DNA of 64,000 nucleotides from Lentimicrobiaceae bacterium (GCA_015061335.1 SUWT01000007.1:897-64896), one strand, 5' to 3'; positions 42,603 through 53,385 are shown, counted from the stretch's first letter. Program-made: numbers and translations. Notes: a model not told the origin generated them from the letters alone.

Positions 42603-44135
42603 ATGTTAGTAAAAACATTTGGAAGTGCCTTAAATGGCATAGAGGCTATTACTGTCACCATAGAGGTAAATATTGACAGAGGCGTTCAATTTTTTTTAGT
42701 AGGTCTGCCTGATAGTGCAGTCAAAGAGAGTCAGCAGCGTATTGAAGCCGCATTGAGTAATAACGGTTTGAAGTATCCTAAGAGGAAGATTACCATCAAT
42801 ATGGCTCCAGCCGACATCAGAAAAGAGGGCTCATCGTACGATCTGCCTATTGCCATAGCTATTTTGGCGGCGTCGGAGCAGATAAGTGCCGACCTTCTTG
42901 ATAAATATATAATCATGGGCGAGCTCTCTCTCGATGGAAGCCTTAATCCTATTAAAGGTGTACTCCCCATTGCTATACGTGCCATGCAGGATGGCTTTAA
43001 AGGTTTGATACTGCCTGCCGCTAATGCCAAAGAGGCCGCTGTGGTGGAAGATATTGAAGTATATGGACTTAATGATATTAAAGAAGTAATATCTTTCCTG
43101 AACGGCGCTTCTGACTTTGTTCCCGTAGAAATATCAAAATATGAGGAGGAAGTCGATGATATATATGCCTTCGACTTTGCAGATGTACGTGGACAGGAAA
43201 ATATAAAAAGAGCTCTTGAGGTCTCTGCCGCAGGCTCTCATAACGTCATCCTTATCGGAAGCCCAGGAAGCGGTAAGACAATGTTAGCCAAACGTTTACC
43301 AACAATAATGCCTCCCATGACATTGAAAGAGGCTCTGGAGACTACCAAGATACATTCCGTGGTGGGACTGCTAGGTCATGGATTGTCGCTGCTTAAGACA
43401 CGACCTTTCAGAAGCCCGCATCATACAACATCTTACGTCGGTCTGGTGGGAGGAGGTACCTATCCTCAACCTGGTGAAATATCTCTGGCTCATAACGGCG
43501 TGCTCTTCCTCGATGAGCTGCCGGAATTTAAACGCTCCGTATTAGAAGTGCTGCGACAACCTATGGAGGATAGAGTGGTGACAATAGCTCGTGCTCGCCA
43601 AACAATAGAATTCCCTTCTAACTTCATGCTCGTTGCCGCTATGAACCCCTGCCCATGCGGATATTATAACCACCCTACACAAGAATGTACCTGCCAGCCT
43701 GGCTCAGTGGAAAAATATCTTAACAAAATATCAGGACCTCTTCTCGACAGAATAGACCTCCATGTGGAAGTGGTGCCTGTCCCCTTTGAAGAATTATCGA
43801 AACATAATACCGGAGAAAATAGTAAAACCGTCAGAGAAAGAGTTATAAAAGCTCGTAAAATTCAAACAGAACGCTTCGCTGATGTGCCTAACGTGCACTC
43901 TAATGCTCAAATGACTACCAAACTGATTCAACGTTATTGCCATCTCGATGAGAAATGCTCCTTATTACTAAAAAATGCTATGGAAAAACTGGATCTCTCA
44001 GCTAGGGCATACGACAGAATATTAAAGGTGGCAAGGACAATAGCCGATCTGGATGCTTCCGAAAATATACAAACTCAACATCTTGCAGAAGCTATTCAGT
44101 ATAGAAGCCTCGATAGAGAAAACTGGGGTAAATAG
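42603..44135 (+). CDS. YifB/ComM family Mg-chelatase-like AAA+ ATPase
   Basis: 510 aa. Lon-protease-like N-domain, Walker [17 protein letters not shown], and a C-terminal ChlI-type domain. Confidence 0.85.
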   Translation: MLVKTFGSALNGIEAITVTIEVNIDRGVQFFLVGLPDSAVKESQQRIEAALSNNGLKYPKRKITINMAPADIRKEGSSYDLPIAIAILAASEQISADLLDKYIIMGELSLDGSLNPIKGVLPIAIRAMQDGFKGLILPAANAKEAAVVEDIEVYGLNDIKEVISFLNGASDFVPVEISKYEEEVDDIYAFDFADVRGQENIKRALEVSAAGSHNVILIGSPGSGKTMLAKRLPTIMPPMTLKEALETTKIHSVVGLLGHGLSLLKTRPFRSPHHTTSYVGLVGGGTYPQPGEISLAHNGVLFLDELPEFKRSVLEVLRQPMEDRVVTIARARQTIEFPSNFMLVAAMNPCPCGYYNHPTQECTCQPGSVEKYLNKISGPLLDRIDLHVEVVPVPFEELSKHNTGENSKTVRERVIKARKIQTERFADVPNVHSNAQMTTKLIQRYCHLDEKCSLLLKNAMEKLDLSARAYDRILKVARTIADLDASENIQTQHLAEAIQYRSLDRENWGK

Positions 44136-44190
44136 TATTACATAAAGAAAAATTCTGCCTCTGATCGTCTGCTGCCTGTCGTATTTTTAC

Positions 44191-44198
44191 TATATTTG
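44191..44198 (+). promoter_or_regulatory. -7 box TATATTTG
   Basis: Exact TAnnTTTG match 31 nt upstream of the ATG at 44230. Confidence 0.45.
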
Positions 44199-44229
44199 TG
44201 ACAAATTTGACTTGCAGACTTAATTAATT

Positions 44230-44643
44230 ATGTTGTCGTTGGAAGAAATAAAAGAGATTAACGAGGGTACTATGATGGAGGCTCTCGGTATAGAATATCT
44301 TGAACTAAGAGAAGGTTTCGTCTATGCTCGTATGTTTGTGAAGAAAGAGTTGTCGCAGCCTTATGGAATGCTTCATGGTGGCGCCAGCATGGCAATGGCG
44401 GAAAGTATAGGTGGAGTAGGCTCCGCTTATTATCTCGGTATTAAAGATTATATCATAAGAGGTATGCAGTTTAGCGCTAATCATGTTAAAGCCGCTAAGG
44501 TCGGAACATACGTGTATGCTACAGCAACAATTATTCATAAAGGACGACAGACTCATGTGTGGAATATCGATATAAAGAATGAGGATGATGAGCTGGTGTC
44601 AAGCTGCCGTCTTACTAACTTTATCCTAAAAGTAGAGAAATAA
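44230..44643 (+). CDS. PaaI-family hotdog-fold thioesterase
   Basis: 137 aa. MLHGGASMAMAESIG motif. Confidence 0.75.
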   Translation: MLSLEEIKEINEGTMMEALGIEYLELREGFVYARMFVKKELSQPYGMLHGGASMAMAESIGGVGSAYYLGIKDYIIRGMQFSANHVKAAKVGTYVYATATIIHKGRQTHVWNIDIKNEDDELVSSCRLTNFILKVEK

Positions 44644-44647
44644 AAAA

Positions 44648-44672
44648 AACGGAGCTTAAAAAACTCCGTTTT
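44648..44672. terminator. bidirectional terminator AACGGAG-loop-CTCCGTT flanked by A-run and T-run
   Basis: 7-bp stem (44648-44654 / 44664-44670) between convergent genes. Confidence 0.7.
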
Positions 44673-44686
44673 CCTTATCATTGCTC

Positions 44687-44935
44687 TTAGTCTTTCTTTC
44701 TCCTGATGCCATACAAAACACCCATGCCAGCTAATAGTAGCAAACCGCTTCCTAGTGGCGCCGCTACAGTATAATCTAAACCATGTTGTCCTGGAAGTGC
44801 AGGAAGATCTCCCCAGTCTGGTTCACCATCACGGTATTCCGTATAATTAGTGGTGAAAAAACCATCTGTTCCCTGTGCATTAACATTCAAACTTAATGCT
44901 GCTATTATTGATATTGTTATTAAGAATCTTTTCAT
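44687..44935 (-). CDS. small secreted protein with C-terminal hydrophobic segment plus basic tail (sorting-signal-like)
   Basis: 82 aa. Signal peptide MKRFLITISIIAALSLNVNAQ and C-terminus APLGSGLLLLAGMGVLYGIRRKKD. Confidence 0.55.
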   Translation of the reverse strand: MKRFLITISIIAALSLNVNAQGTDGFFTTNYTEYRDGEPDWGDLPALPGQHGLDYTVAAPLGSGLLLLAGMGVLYGIRRKKD

Positions 44936-44982
44936 TTCTCTGTTTCCTTTATCATGACCTTGAGCTAAATGCTCTTGGCAAA

Positions 44983-47898
44983 TTAATCAATTATAACTTT
45001 TTGTACCTTAATTCCGTTCTCGTCAATCATTCTGACTACATAGACACCATCACTGAATGATGCCGTTGGGATATTTGCAGAAGAACTGACGTTATATTCT
45101 GCAACAGGGCGTCCAAGAATATCGTAGATCTGGATAAATCCTTGACCTTCTATATCGTTGATAATCAATTCCTCATTGCTAATGTATATAAAATGACTGT
45201 TGTCTGATGTCCCTTGACTGTTGTCTAATCTTATCATGAAACGATTAGGATTATCATTTGATTTAGCAATGAAACTATATGTGTCTGTAAGCATATTTGT
45301 TTCTTTTCCTGTGAGAAGGTCAACTAAGATGATGTCTTCTAATGTACAGTCTTGTGCCTTAATGCCGATGGTGTATTCTCCCATGTTTTTGACTTCAACA
45401 CAAAGTGGTATCTCTTTGATTTCGCTATCCACTGATGCAATAGCATAGTTGATGCCATCTATAGGAATATAAACCATAGGTATGTTCTCATTACGGTGAT
45501 TTATCTTGTCGAGACCTATAGCTTCGCTAAATGTGACGTATGCCACATCTTGATAATCTTTACCTGATAAGTCTATCTTTAACATAGCATCTTGTGATGA
45601 CTTGGCTGTTACTGCTTGATTATTTTTTTTGATAGTGAGATTTTCAATTCCTGCATTAGCCTTTGTTAGGAAGCCTTCTCCTGCTTTGATAGCTTGGGTA
45701 TTTGTTCTTGCTGTCCATTCTCCTGCATTTCCTAATACATAATAACCTGTAGCAAGAGAAGTGTTGTTTATAGCAGCAAGTTGCTTTTCACTCTTATAAA
45801 TATCATGAGTGAAAGGATTGCCTATAAGATGTATTCCTGCTAACGCTCCGCTTGTGCTTGTGAAAGTAAGAGGTCCAATATTAACATCTTTGGTATTCTC
45901 TATACCTGTAAATGTGAGTTCTGTGTCATCAGAGTTGGCATACAAATAACCATGCCCGACTTCTAATTCATTAAAACCTTCTCCTTGTTTATAGTTTAAC
46001 CAATAATTATATTCTTCAACATAACTATAAAGGTCGTATGTATTATCTAGCAAATTTTCTACATCTGTTACAGCAACATTAGTATTTAAAGGTGAACTGA
46101 TAGTGTACCAGCCGCTTTTAGTATTATTATCACTACCAAATCCAGTAATACTTTTTGTTATTTTGATGTCTTTGCCGTATCTGCTGCCGCTGATTAATTG
46201 TCCATTATCCATATCTAGTGTGAGAGATGCACTCTCGTTATTCATTACGTAGTATGATGCAACATCAAAAACATTGTTTGTAATTTCATAGTGAGCTGAT
46301 ATTACAACATTCATGTCTGTTATATCTGTAATGTTTTCAAGACTACTATTATCCTTATTATACATTTTCCAACTTCCAGTTCCTTTACTATCTACACTAT
46401 AATAAGGCATAAAATGAGTAATATTTTTATATGGATTTTCTATATATTTAACATAATACTGGCTGGAAACATATATTCCTGATGGAGAATTATAGAATAT
46501 ATTTTCACTTATAGTGGTATTTTCACCATAGATAATAAGTTTTGTTTTATCTTTACTAGATGATGAAGCGAATTTAAATGCAGAATATCCTATGTATGAT
46601 ATACTTTCAGGAAGGAATAATTCTTTAAGTGTAGAACTAGAAAATGCATTATTTCCAATATATGATATAGAACTATTATATGGGAAGTTAATCTCATTAA
46701 ACTGACCTCTTTCACCTTCTTCTAAATCTTCAATAGTTGTAATTGTATAATCTTCTTCTAAGATCTTTACTGTATTTTTTAGATTTAATGGATAAGATAC
46801 AGATTCATTTCCGCAAATAAATTTGTTTATAGCACATTTTTTATTATTCAAGTCTGTGATGGAATATACAATGCTGTATTTGTAATCTGGATAATCTTCT
46901 TTTACTGAAGCATTTTTTATTTCATTAAAGTAAGCTCTCCAGCTGTTATATGATTCATCAATAATTAGAGAATTATCATCATTCAATTTACCTCTTACGT
47001 ATAGCGTTGGTTTATTAGTTTGATTAAAACCAGATAAAGCATTTTCTCCTAATAATGTAGGTGCAGTCTCTGAATCAGATAAAACGTTTGTGAAGTAGGA
47101 GCAATATTCATTTGCAAAGCCATCTGCTGCAATAGCAGTAACATTAAAAGATGTACCACTGATAACAATCTTGCTTGGTATTGTTAAAGAACATGGCGCA
47201 GTTGGCGCATCACCTAATTTAACATTTAAAGATTCATAATTAGTATTATTATAGTTGAAAACTAGAGAATAATTATCATATTCTACCTCTTTATTATCTA
47301 TAAGTTGTTTATAATATGGATAATTTTGACCTTGTGCTAAACCCCATGCCGTCTTATATGCTTCTGGATCATTAACAAATATATGCATATGTCTTACAAA
47401 AGGATTTGTCTCACCTACAGTAGGTGGGGTGGCAGCTTTACAAATAAGGGTAGTAAATTTTTCACCTGCATATGCGAAAGCTCCATTTCCAATTACCATT
47501 TCATTACCTTCGTATAAAATTATTAATTTTGTGTTAAGAAATTCAAATGCATGCTCCCCTATGGTTACGACAGTGGCAGGTATGGTTAATGTACCTTCTA
47601 ACCATATCGCTTGAGTAAAAAAATCTGAAAACGCATTGTCAGCAATAGCGGTTACAGAATATTCTTTTTCTCCATAACTTGCTTTTTCTGGGATGCTTAA
47701 TTCTATTGCACTTTGGGGAGCGCTTGAAAATCCTAATAATGTACATGTACGGTTTGTTTCGCTGATAATTTTATATCCTAAACCATAAGCATAATCACCA
47801 CTGCCATAACTAACTGTGAACTCCGTATTATCTTGCGCACACAGATTGGTAGTAAAAAGCAACAATAATGTTAACAAAAAGGTAAATCGTTTCATCAT
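44983..47898 (-). CDS. BspA-type leucine-rich-repeat surface protein with T9SS C-terminal sorting domain
   Basis: 971 aa with a signal peptide. Repeated ..IGxxAFxxC.. LRR_5-like units (TAIADNAFS, IGNGAFAY, IGNNAFSS, IGYSAFKF). CTD IQIYDILGRPV...DGVYVVRMIDENGIKVQKVIID. Confidence 0.7.
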   Translation of the reverse strand: MMKRFTFLLTLLLLFTTNLCAQDNTEFTVSYGSGDYAYGLGYKIISETNRTCTLLGFSSAPQSAIELSIPEKASYGEKEYSVTAIADNAFSDFFTQAIWLEGTLTIPATVVTIGEHAFEFLNTKLIILYEGNEMVIGNGAFAYAGEKFTTLICKAATPPTVGETNPFVRHMHIFVNDPEAYKTAWGLAQGQNYPYYKQLIDNKEVEYDNYSLVFNYNNTNYESLNVKLGDAPTAPCSLTIPSKIVISGTSFNVTAIAADGFANEYCSYFTNVLSDSETAPTLLGENALSGFNQTNKPTLYVRGKLNDDNSLIIDESYNSWRAYFNEIKNASVKEDYPDYKYSIVYSITDLNNKKCAINKFICGNESVSYPLNLKNTVKILEEDYTITTIEDLEEGERGQFNEINFPYNSSISYIGNNAFSSSTLKELFLPESISYIGYSAFKFASSSSKDKTKLIIYGENTTISENIFYNSPSGIYVSSQYYVKYIENPYKNITHFMPYYSVDSKGTGSWKMYNKDNSSLENITDITDMNVVISAHYEITNNVFDVASYYVMNNESASLTLDMDNGQLISGSRYGKDIKITKSITGFGSDNNTKSGWYTISSPLNTNVAVTDVENLLDNTYDLYSYVEEYNYWLNYKQGEGFNELEVGHGYLYANSDDTELTFTGIENTKDVNIGPLTFTSTSGALAGIHLIGNPFTHDIYKSEKQLAAINNTSLATGYYVLGNAGEWTARTNTQAIKAGEGFLTKANAGIENLTIKKNNQAVTAKSSQDAMLKIDLSGKDYQDVAYVTFSEAIGLDKINHRNENIPMVYIPIDGINYAIASVDSEIKEIPLCVEVKNMGEYTIGIKAQDCTLEDIILVDLLTGKETNMLTDTYSFIAKSNDNPNRFMIRLDNSQGTSDNSHFIYISNEELIINDIEGQGFIQIYDILGRPVAEYNVSSSANIPTASFSDGVYVVRMIDENGIKVQKVIID

Positions 47899-48049
47899 AT
47901 TCTTAAAAATTAATTAATAATTCAAACTCATACAACAATAATTAATAACAACATCAGCTGAAACAAGTCAGCTATTATTGTTACCTAAAACTTTTATCTT
48001 ATTTAAAATCAACAACATAGTCTCTTGTTATTGAGAGGCTATGAGTGTG

Positions 48050-48057
48050 CAAAGATA
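48050..48057 (-). promoter_or_regulatory. -7 box TATCTTTG (minus strand)
   Basis: Exact TAnnTTTG match 151 nt upstream of the ATG at 47898 and 10 nt from the stop of the upstream TonB-dependent receptor gene. Confidence 0.35.
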
Positions 48058-48067
48058 TAAATAAATT

Positions 48068-50590
48068 TTAGAATTCAGCTACTAATTTTAAATTAATTTG
48101 TCTTGGTGTAAGATAATTTGGTACTGCATATTGTATATTGTAAATATCTGTCACCCACATATAAGAGCTTACGTTATTAATGCCAAGCAGGTTGAAGATT
48201 TCCAGGCTTATCCAGCTGTTTCTTATAAATCTGAGCGGGTTGTTTTTGTCGAAGCTGGTTTTGTCGCTTATTAGCTGTTTGCTGAAGCCTATGTCTATTC
48301 TTCTGTAAGCCGACATTCTTCTTGTTTGTTGATAACGTTCGCTATGAGGAGCTCCAAAAGGCATGCCTGTTCCAAAGACAAGTTTCAGGTTTACTTTAAA
48401 TGAAGGTATGAAAGGAACATAGTCTTGGAAGAACAAGGAGAAGTTAAGTCTTTGGTCGGAAGGGCGTGGTATTCCTTTTATGAGGGTGTCGCTTACGAAG
48501 ATTTCTCCATTATTCACATCTGTTTGTGATAGTATGGTTCCGTTAGGGGAGATATAATATCTTATGTTCTCTTCAGATTTCATGATAGAGAGGCTTGCCC
48601 AGCTTTCTATTCCTTTCACGAATTCGCCGTTGAGGCGTAAATCCAGGCCTGTTGCGTAGCCCTGTGCTTTCTGGTCGGCGTAATAGCGGATACGGATATT
48701 ATCCACTTCGTAAGGGATGATGTCTTTGAGATATTTGTAATAGAGTTCTGTTGTGAGCACGAAAGGTCTGTCCCATGCTCTGAAGTTATATTCGTGTGTG
48801 AAGACCAGCTGATAGGATTTCTGTGTCGATGCTTCTTCAGGGCTTATAAGGCTTCCGTCGAACATGCGTAATTCGCGGTAGAAAGGAGGCTGTACATAAA
48901 CGCCGCCGGAGATGCGGAAAAGCATGTCGTTATTCCATCCGGGTCTGAATGCGAATCCCGCACGAGGACTTATGTTGACCTTTTTGTTATAACCCCAATA
49001 GTTGGCTCTCAATCCTAAGGAGAATGTCATGACATCGGCATTTGCGCTATTGAATGTCCATTCATTATGTATGAAGCCGTCTAGATTATTGATACGTAAT
49101 ATGTTATTTCCTTTGGAGAGATTGTTTATCTCGAAAGGATATACAGGTGGATTAGGGCTGCCTATGGAGTCATGAGGATGAGGCAGGCTGAATCCTGCCG
49201 AGTCGATGAGCTCCCATTCTTTTATGACATCGTCGAAGTACTGATGTTGATAACGTGCTCCCCATTTTATGGTGTAGAAGTCCTTCTTATAGGCACCTTT
49301 ATGGTCGATATTAAACACCTGTGAGTAGAAGTCGTTACGTGCATGTTCAATGAAGGTTCCAATACCTTGATTGGATATGACATCACCGCTTTGTTCACTT
49401 CCGGGGTTCGTCTCCAGTTGCCCGATCCAATATTGTCCCATGATGTCATAATTCTCGGCTTCTACAGCGGAATATGTTGAAGCTATGAGTTTCAGGTTAA
49501 GATCCTCATGAGGACTGTAATTGAGGGTTATAGCACCTAGTCCGACATTATAATTGCTAGCTTCTTTACCGTCGAAATATATTGTCAGTCGATGAGCGGC
49601 TTGGATGTTGCCGAAGTCGGTCTGACGTGTTTCCGGTATCATCTTATAGCTGTTACGAGAGTAATATCCAAAGGCAGATATTTCAAGTTTGGTGTTGATA
49701 TTATACGACATGACACCCTGTACATCGGTGAAGTTAGGCTGATAAGAGCCTTTGGTCTCCATATTGCCAAGGATATACTTGTTGTTTTTATATCTCGCTC
49801 CTATGAGGTATGACAGTCTGTGATGTAGGGCAGAGCCTTCTGTGTGGGCTTCTACGCCAAGGAAGCTAAGTGTTAGGGAAGCTGCCGGTATTAGAGGCTT
49901 TTTGTAAGTGATGTCGAGAGCTGATGATAATTTATCGCCGTATTCTGCGGAGAAGCCTCCTGCTGAGAAGTCGATGTTAGAGACGAGTTTGGGGTTGATG
50001 ATGCTCATTCCTTCTTGTTGACCTGAGCCTACGAGGAAAGGCTTATAAACTTCGATTCCATTGATGTAGATGAGGTTCTCATCGAAGTTGCCGCCTCTCA
50101 CATTATACTGGGAACTTAGTTCGTTAGTTGACGATACTCCGGGTAAGGTCTTTACCAGGTCTTCCACGCCACCCGCTCCGGAAGAAGGTACCATGTCGAT
50201 CTTGCGAGCGTCAAGACGTGTGATTGATGCCGATTTTATCTGGCGGTCTGATACTATGGCATCGGGAAGAGTGGTGGAGATGGATTGCATGACGACATCA
50301 AGCTTACGTTCTTCACCTTTTCTCAGTGTGATGTCGCGTTTCTCTTGTTGATAGCCTACAAAAGAAAAAACGACCTCCAATGTGGTGTCGGAAGGAAGAT
50401 GCAACTCATATTGCCCACGAGCGTTCGATGAGGTGCCGTATGATGTGCCCATCACCGCAATGTTGACAAGTTCAATAACATTATTGTTATTATCAACGAC
50501 TTTGCCATAGATAGAAGCATCGTCTTTCCGCTGAGCAAAAAGCACGATAGGAATCATCAATAATATCAATAATGTATATCTCAATCTCAT
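48068..50590 (-). CDS. TonB-dependent receptor with N-terminal carboxypeptidase-regulatory-like domain
   Basis: 840 aa. Signal peptide, CarbopepD_reg-like start (IYGKVVDNNNNVIELVNIAV), plug region (..VRGGNFDENLIYINGIEVY), and a terminal ..LKLVAEF. Confidence 0.8.
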   Translation of the reverse strand: MRLRYTLLILLMIPIVLFAQRKDDASIYGKVVDNNNNVIELVNIAVMGTSYGTSSNARGQYELHLPSDTTLEVVFSFVGYQQEKRDITLRKGEERKLDVVMQSISTTLPDAIVSDRQIKSASITRLDARKIDMVPSSGAGGVEDLVKTLPGVSSTNELSSQYNVRGGNFDENLIYINGIEVYKPFLVGSGQQEGMSIINPKLVSNIDFSAGGFSAEYGDKLSSALDITYKKPLIPAASLTLSFLGVEAHTEGSALHHRLSYLIGARYKNNKYILGNMETKGSYQPNFTDVQGVMSYNINTKLEISAFGYYSRNSYKMIPETRQTDFGNIQAAHRLTIYFDGKEASNYNVGLGAITLNYSPHEDLNLKLIASTYSAVEAENYDIMGQYWIGQLETNPGSEQSGDVISNQGIGTFIEHARNDFYSQVFNIDHKGAYKKDFYTIKWGARYQHQYFDDVIKEWELIDSAGFSLPHPHDSIGSPNPPVYPFEINNLSKGNNILRINNLDGFIHNEWTFNSANADVMTFSLGLRANYWGYNKKVNISPRAGFAFRPGWNNDMLFRISGGVYVQPPFYRELRMFDGSLISPEEASTQKSYQLVFTHEYNFRAWDRPFVLTTELYYKYLKDIIPYEVDNIRIRYYADQKAQGYATGLDLRLNGEFVKGIESWASLSIMKSEENIRYYISPNGTILSQTDVNNGEIFVSDTLIKGIPRPSDQRLNFSLFFQDYVPFIPSFKVNLKLVFGTGMPFGAPHSERYQQTRRMSAYRRIDIGFSKQLISDKTSFDKNNPLRFIRNSWISLEIFNLLGINNVSSYMWVTDIYNIQYAVPNYLTPRQINLKLVAEF

Positions 50591-50658
50591 CTGAATATTT
50601 TATGTAATAACTTTAAATAATTAAAATTATTGTCTCTTTCCCTGTTGACTTCTTGTCT

Positions 50659-50690
50659 AAAAAAAAAGTCGTCAAAAAAGACGACTTTTT
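50659..50690. terminator. bidirectional terminator AGTCGTC-A6-GACGACT with flanking A/T runs
   Basis: 7-bp stem (50667-50673 / 50680-50686), 22 nt downstream of the rpmB stop on the minus strand. Confidence 0.7.
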
Positions 50691-50712
50691 CATTCTTATT
50701 TCGAAAAAATTA

Positions 50713-50955
50713 TTACCAACGGTTTAAATTACCTTGAGCTGATGCGTCAAGAATAGCTTGGTAAATACCTTTCTTGTCAATTGTACGTAAGCCAGCTGCA
50801 GAAACTTTTAATACAACCCATTCATCCCATTCTGGAACGTAGAATCTCTTTATCTGTAAATTAGGTTTGAATGTTCTCTTTGTCTTTCTGTTTGAGTGAG
50901 AAACGTTATTTCCGGTAATGACTTTTTTACCTGTGATTTGACAAATTTTTGACAT
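50713..50955 (-). CDS. rpmB: 50S ribosomal protein L28
   Basis: 80 aa. [34 protein letters not shown]. Confidence 0.9.
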   Translation of the reverse strand: MSKICQITGKKVITGNNVSHSNRKTKRTFKPNLQIKRFYVPEWDEWVVLKVSAAGLRTIDKKGIYQAILDASAQGNLNRW

Positions 50956-51124
50956 GACTCTTATATTTTTATGTTAAATTATATACCCTGAAAATTGGAG
51001 TGCAAAATAACGATTAATTTTTGAAATACGCAAGAGTTTTTTAAAAAAAGTTTAAACTTTTTTGTTACAATCATTTACATCATATTTTTCTATATAAAAC
51101 CGCCCGATTTTTAATATAATTTTT

Positions 51125-51132
51125 TATTTTTG
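51125..51132 (+). promoter_or_regulatory. -7 box TATTTTTG
   Basis: Exact TAnnTTTG match 18 nt upstream of the ATG at 51151. It overlaps the TTG start of the ORF-track call. Confidence 0.45.
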
Positions 51133-51150
51133 CAAAAATATATAATTAAT

Positions 51151-52278
51151 ATGTATAACATACCTATGGTTGACCTTGTAGGTCAATATAATAAGATAAA
51201 AACAGAGGTCGATGCCTCTATTCAGGACATCTTATCTAAGGCTTCTTTCATTGGAGGTCCTTATGTGAAACAGTTTCAAGAGAATTTACAGTCTTATCTG
51301 AACGTAAAACATGTGATTCCATGTGCTAATGGAACTGATGCTTTGCAGGTTGCAATGATGGCTCTTAATCTTCAGCCGGGAGATGAGGTTATCACCACAA
51401 CTTTTACTTTTATAGCAACTGCCGAGGTGATTGCGCTTCTTCGTTTGACGCCTGTTCTGGTTGATATTGAGAAAGATTCGTATAATATTGACCCTCAGGC
51501 TATTGAGAGAGCTATCACGCCTAAGACCAAGGCTATTGTGCCCGTTCATATTTTTGGTCAGTGCGCTAATATGGAGGCTATCTTGGATATAGCAAAGCGT
51601 CATAATCTTTATGTGATAGAAGATAATGCGCAGGCGATAGGTGCTGACTATTCTTTCAGTGACGGGTCTGTGATGAAGTCGGGAACTATAGGAACTATCG
51701 GATGTACCTCGTTTTTCCCGTCAAAGAATCTGGGCTGCTATGGAGATGGAGGCGCTCTCTTTACCAACGACGATGAACTGGCAGATCAGATACGTATTGT
51801 GGTAAATCACGGTATGAAAACACGTTATTATCACGATTATGTGGGTGTCAACTCACGCCTCGATGCTATACAAGCTGCCGTTCTTGACATTAAACTAAAA
51901 CATCTTGACGAATATATAGCGGCTCGTCAGTATGCGGCTGCTTATTATGACAAGGCTTTCTCAATTACCGATAAAATCATCACTCCCAAGAAATCTGCTT
52001 TTACAACTCATGTTTATCATCAATATGTGATTGTTCTCAATGGTGTTGATAGAGCGAAATTGATGGAACATCTTCAATCTAAAGGTATTTCCTGCGCTAT
52101 ATATTATCCTGTGCCTCTCCATGAACAAAAGGCTTATCAGGATCCTCGTTATAAAAAAGGCGATTTCCCGGTTAGCGAATATCTGTGTGACAACGTTATC
52201 GCTCTTCCAATGCATACCGAATTTACAGATGAACAACTAGAGTATGTGACAAAATCAGTTTTGGAATTCATAGGATAA
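51151..52278 (+). CDS. DegT/DnrJ/EryC1/StrS family sugar aminotransferase
   Basis: PLP-Lys context FFPSKNLGCYGDGGA and DNAQAIGA. The start is ATG 51151 (or 51166) rather than TTG 51130. Confidence 0.8.
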   Translation: MYNIPMVDLVGQYNKIKTEVDASIQDILSKASFIGGPYVKQFQENLQSYLNVKHVIPCANGTDALQVAMMALNLQPGDEVITTTFTFIATAEVIALLRLTPVLVDIEKDSYNIDPQAIERAITPKTKAIVPVHIFGQCANMEAILDIAKRHNLYVIEDNAQAIGADYSFSDGSVMKSGTIGTIGCTSFFPSKNLGCYGDGGALFTNDDELADQIRIVVNHGMKTRYYHDYVGVNSRLDAIQAAVLDIKLKHLDEYIAARQYAAAYYDKAFSITDKIITPKKSAFTTHVYHQYVIVLNGVDRAKLMEHLQSKGISCAIYYPVPLHEQKAYQDPRYKKGDFPVSEYLCDNVIALPMHTEFTDEQLEYVTKSVLEFIG

Positions 52279-52289
52279 AATATAAGATA

Positions 52290-53330
52290 ATGAGAATTTT
52301 AGTAACAGGAGGAACAGGATATATAGGTTCTCATACAGTTGTAGAATTGCAGAAAAAAGGCTTCGAAGTCATAATAGTTGATGCCTTGTTTAATTCTCGT
52401 AAGGAATCTCTGGATGCAATAGAGAAAATCTCAGGCATCCGTCCGCAGTTTGAGTGCTTCGATCTTGCCGATAGCACCTTAACAGATGATTTCTTTGCCC
52501 GTCATAACGATATCAAAGGCATTATTCATTTCGCAGCTCATAAGGCTGTGGGTGAGTCGGTGGAACAACCGATAAAGTATTATCGTAACAACCTCGACTC
52601 TTTGATGAATATTCTGGATGCAATGCGTAAATATAGTGTGCAAAATCTGGTCTTCTCTTCTTCATGTACTGTTTATGGACAACCTGATGCCGAACATCTT
52701 CCTGTGTCGGAACGAGCTCCGATAAAAAAGGCGGAGAGCCCTTATGGTAATACAAAACAGATCGCTGAAGAGATTATCAGTGAGTCAATATCTGCCTATA
52801 AAGGCTTGAACGCTATAGCATTACGTTATTTTAATCCTGTAGGTGCTCACGATAGCGCCATGTTGGGCGAACTGCCTCTCGGAGTGCCTAACAACCTTAT
52901 GCCTTTTATCACTCAGACTGCCTACGGTATTAGAAAATGCCTCAAAGTCTTTGGTGATGATTATCCAACTCCTGATGGAACAGCAATACGCGATTATATC
53001 CATATTATGGACCTCGCCAAAGCCCACGTCATTGCAGTGGAGAGAATGATAGGGGAGAGGATGAAAAACAGTTTTGAAATCTTTAACCTTGGAACAGGAA
53101 CAGGTTATTCTGTATTGGAAGTCATAAAATCATTCGAGAAGGTCTCAGGTGTAAAACTGAATTATGAAATTGTAGGACGACGTAGCGGCGATATAGAAAA
53201 AGTATGGGCTGATCCTACCTATTCCAATAATGAGTTGGGCTGGAAAGCAGAACGTTGTCTTGATGAGATGACTTTATCAGCATGGAAATGGGAACAAGCT
53301 TACCGTAAAGGTGAAACCTGCTTTGAATAA
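52290..53330 (+). CDS. galE: UDP-glucose 4-epimerase
   Basis: 346 aa. GGTGYIGSH, SSSCTVYG, YGNTK (YxxxK). Confidence 0.9.
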   Translation: MRILVTGGTGYIGSHTVVELQKKGFEVIIVDALFNSRKESLDAIEKISGIRPQFECFDLADSTLTDDFFARHNDIKGIIHFAAHKAVGESVEQPIKYYRNNLDSLMNILDAMRKYSVQNLVFSSSCTVYGQPDAEHLPVSERAPIKKAESPYGNTKQIAEEIISESISAYKGLNAIALRYFNPVGAHDSAMLGELPLGVPNNLMPFITQTAYGIRKCLKVFGDDYPTPDGTAIRDYIHIMDLAKAHVIAVERMIGERMKNSFEIFNLGTGTGYSVLEVIKSFEKVSGVKLNYEIVGRRSGDIEKVWADPTYSNNELGWKAERCLDEMTLSAWKWEQAYRKGETCFE

Positions 53331-53350
53331 TTATTATCAGGTATAAAAAA

Positions 53351-53385
53351 AACTCCTGATTCATTTGAATCAGGAGTTTTTTTAT
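53351..53385. terminator. bidirectional terminator, 13-bp stem AACTCCTGATTCA / TGAATCAGGAGTT plus T7
   Basis: Perfect stem at 53351-53363 / 53366-53378, flanked by A8 and T7. It lies between convergent galE and the PpiD-like gene. Confidence 0.85.

Noticed and set aside
44155-44182. Possible degenerate CTG-type array (CTGCCT CTGATCGT CTGCTGC CTGTCGT)
   Set aside because: Unit lengths are irregular (6/8/7/7) and there are only about four units. That is too weak to call, although CTGATCGT also ends the array at 39514.
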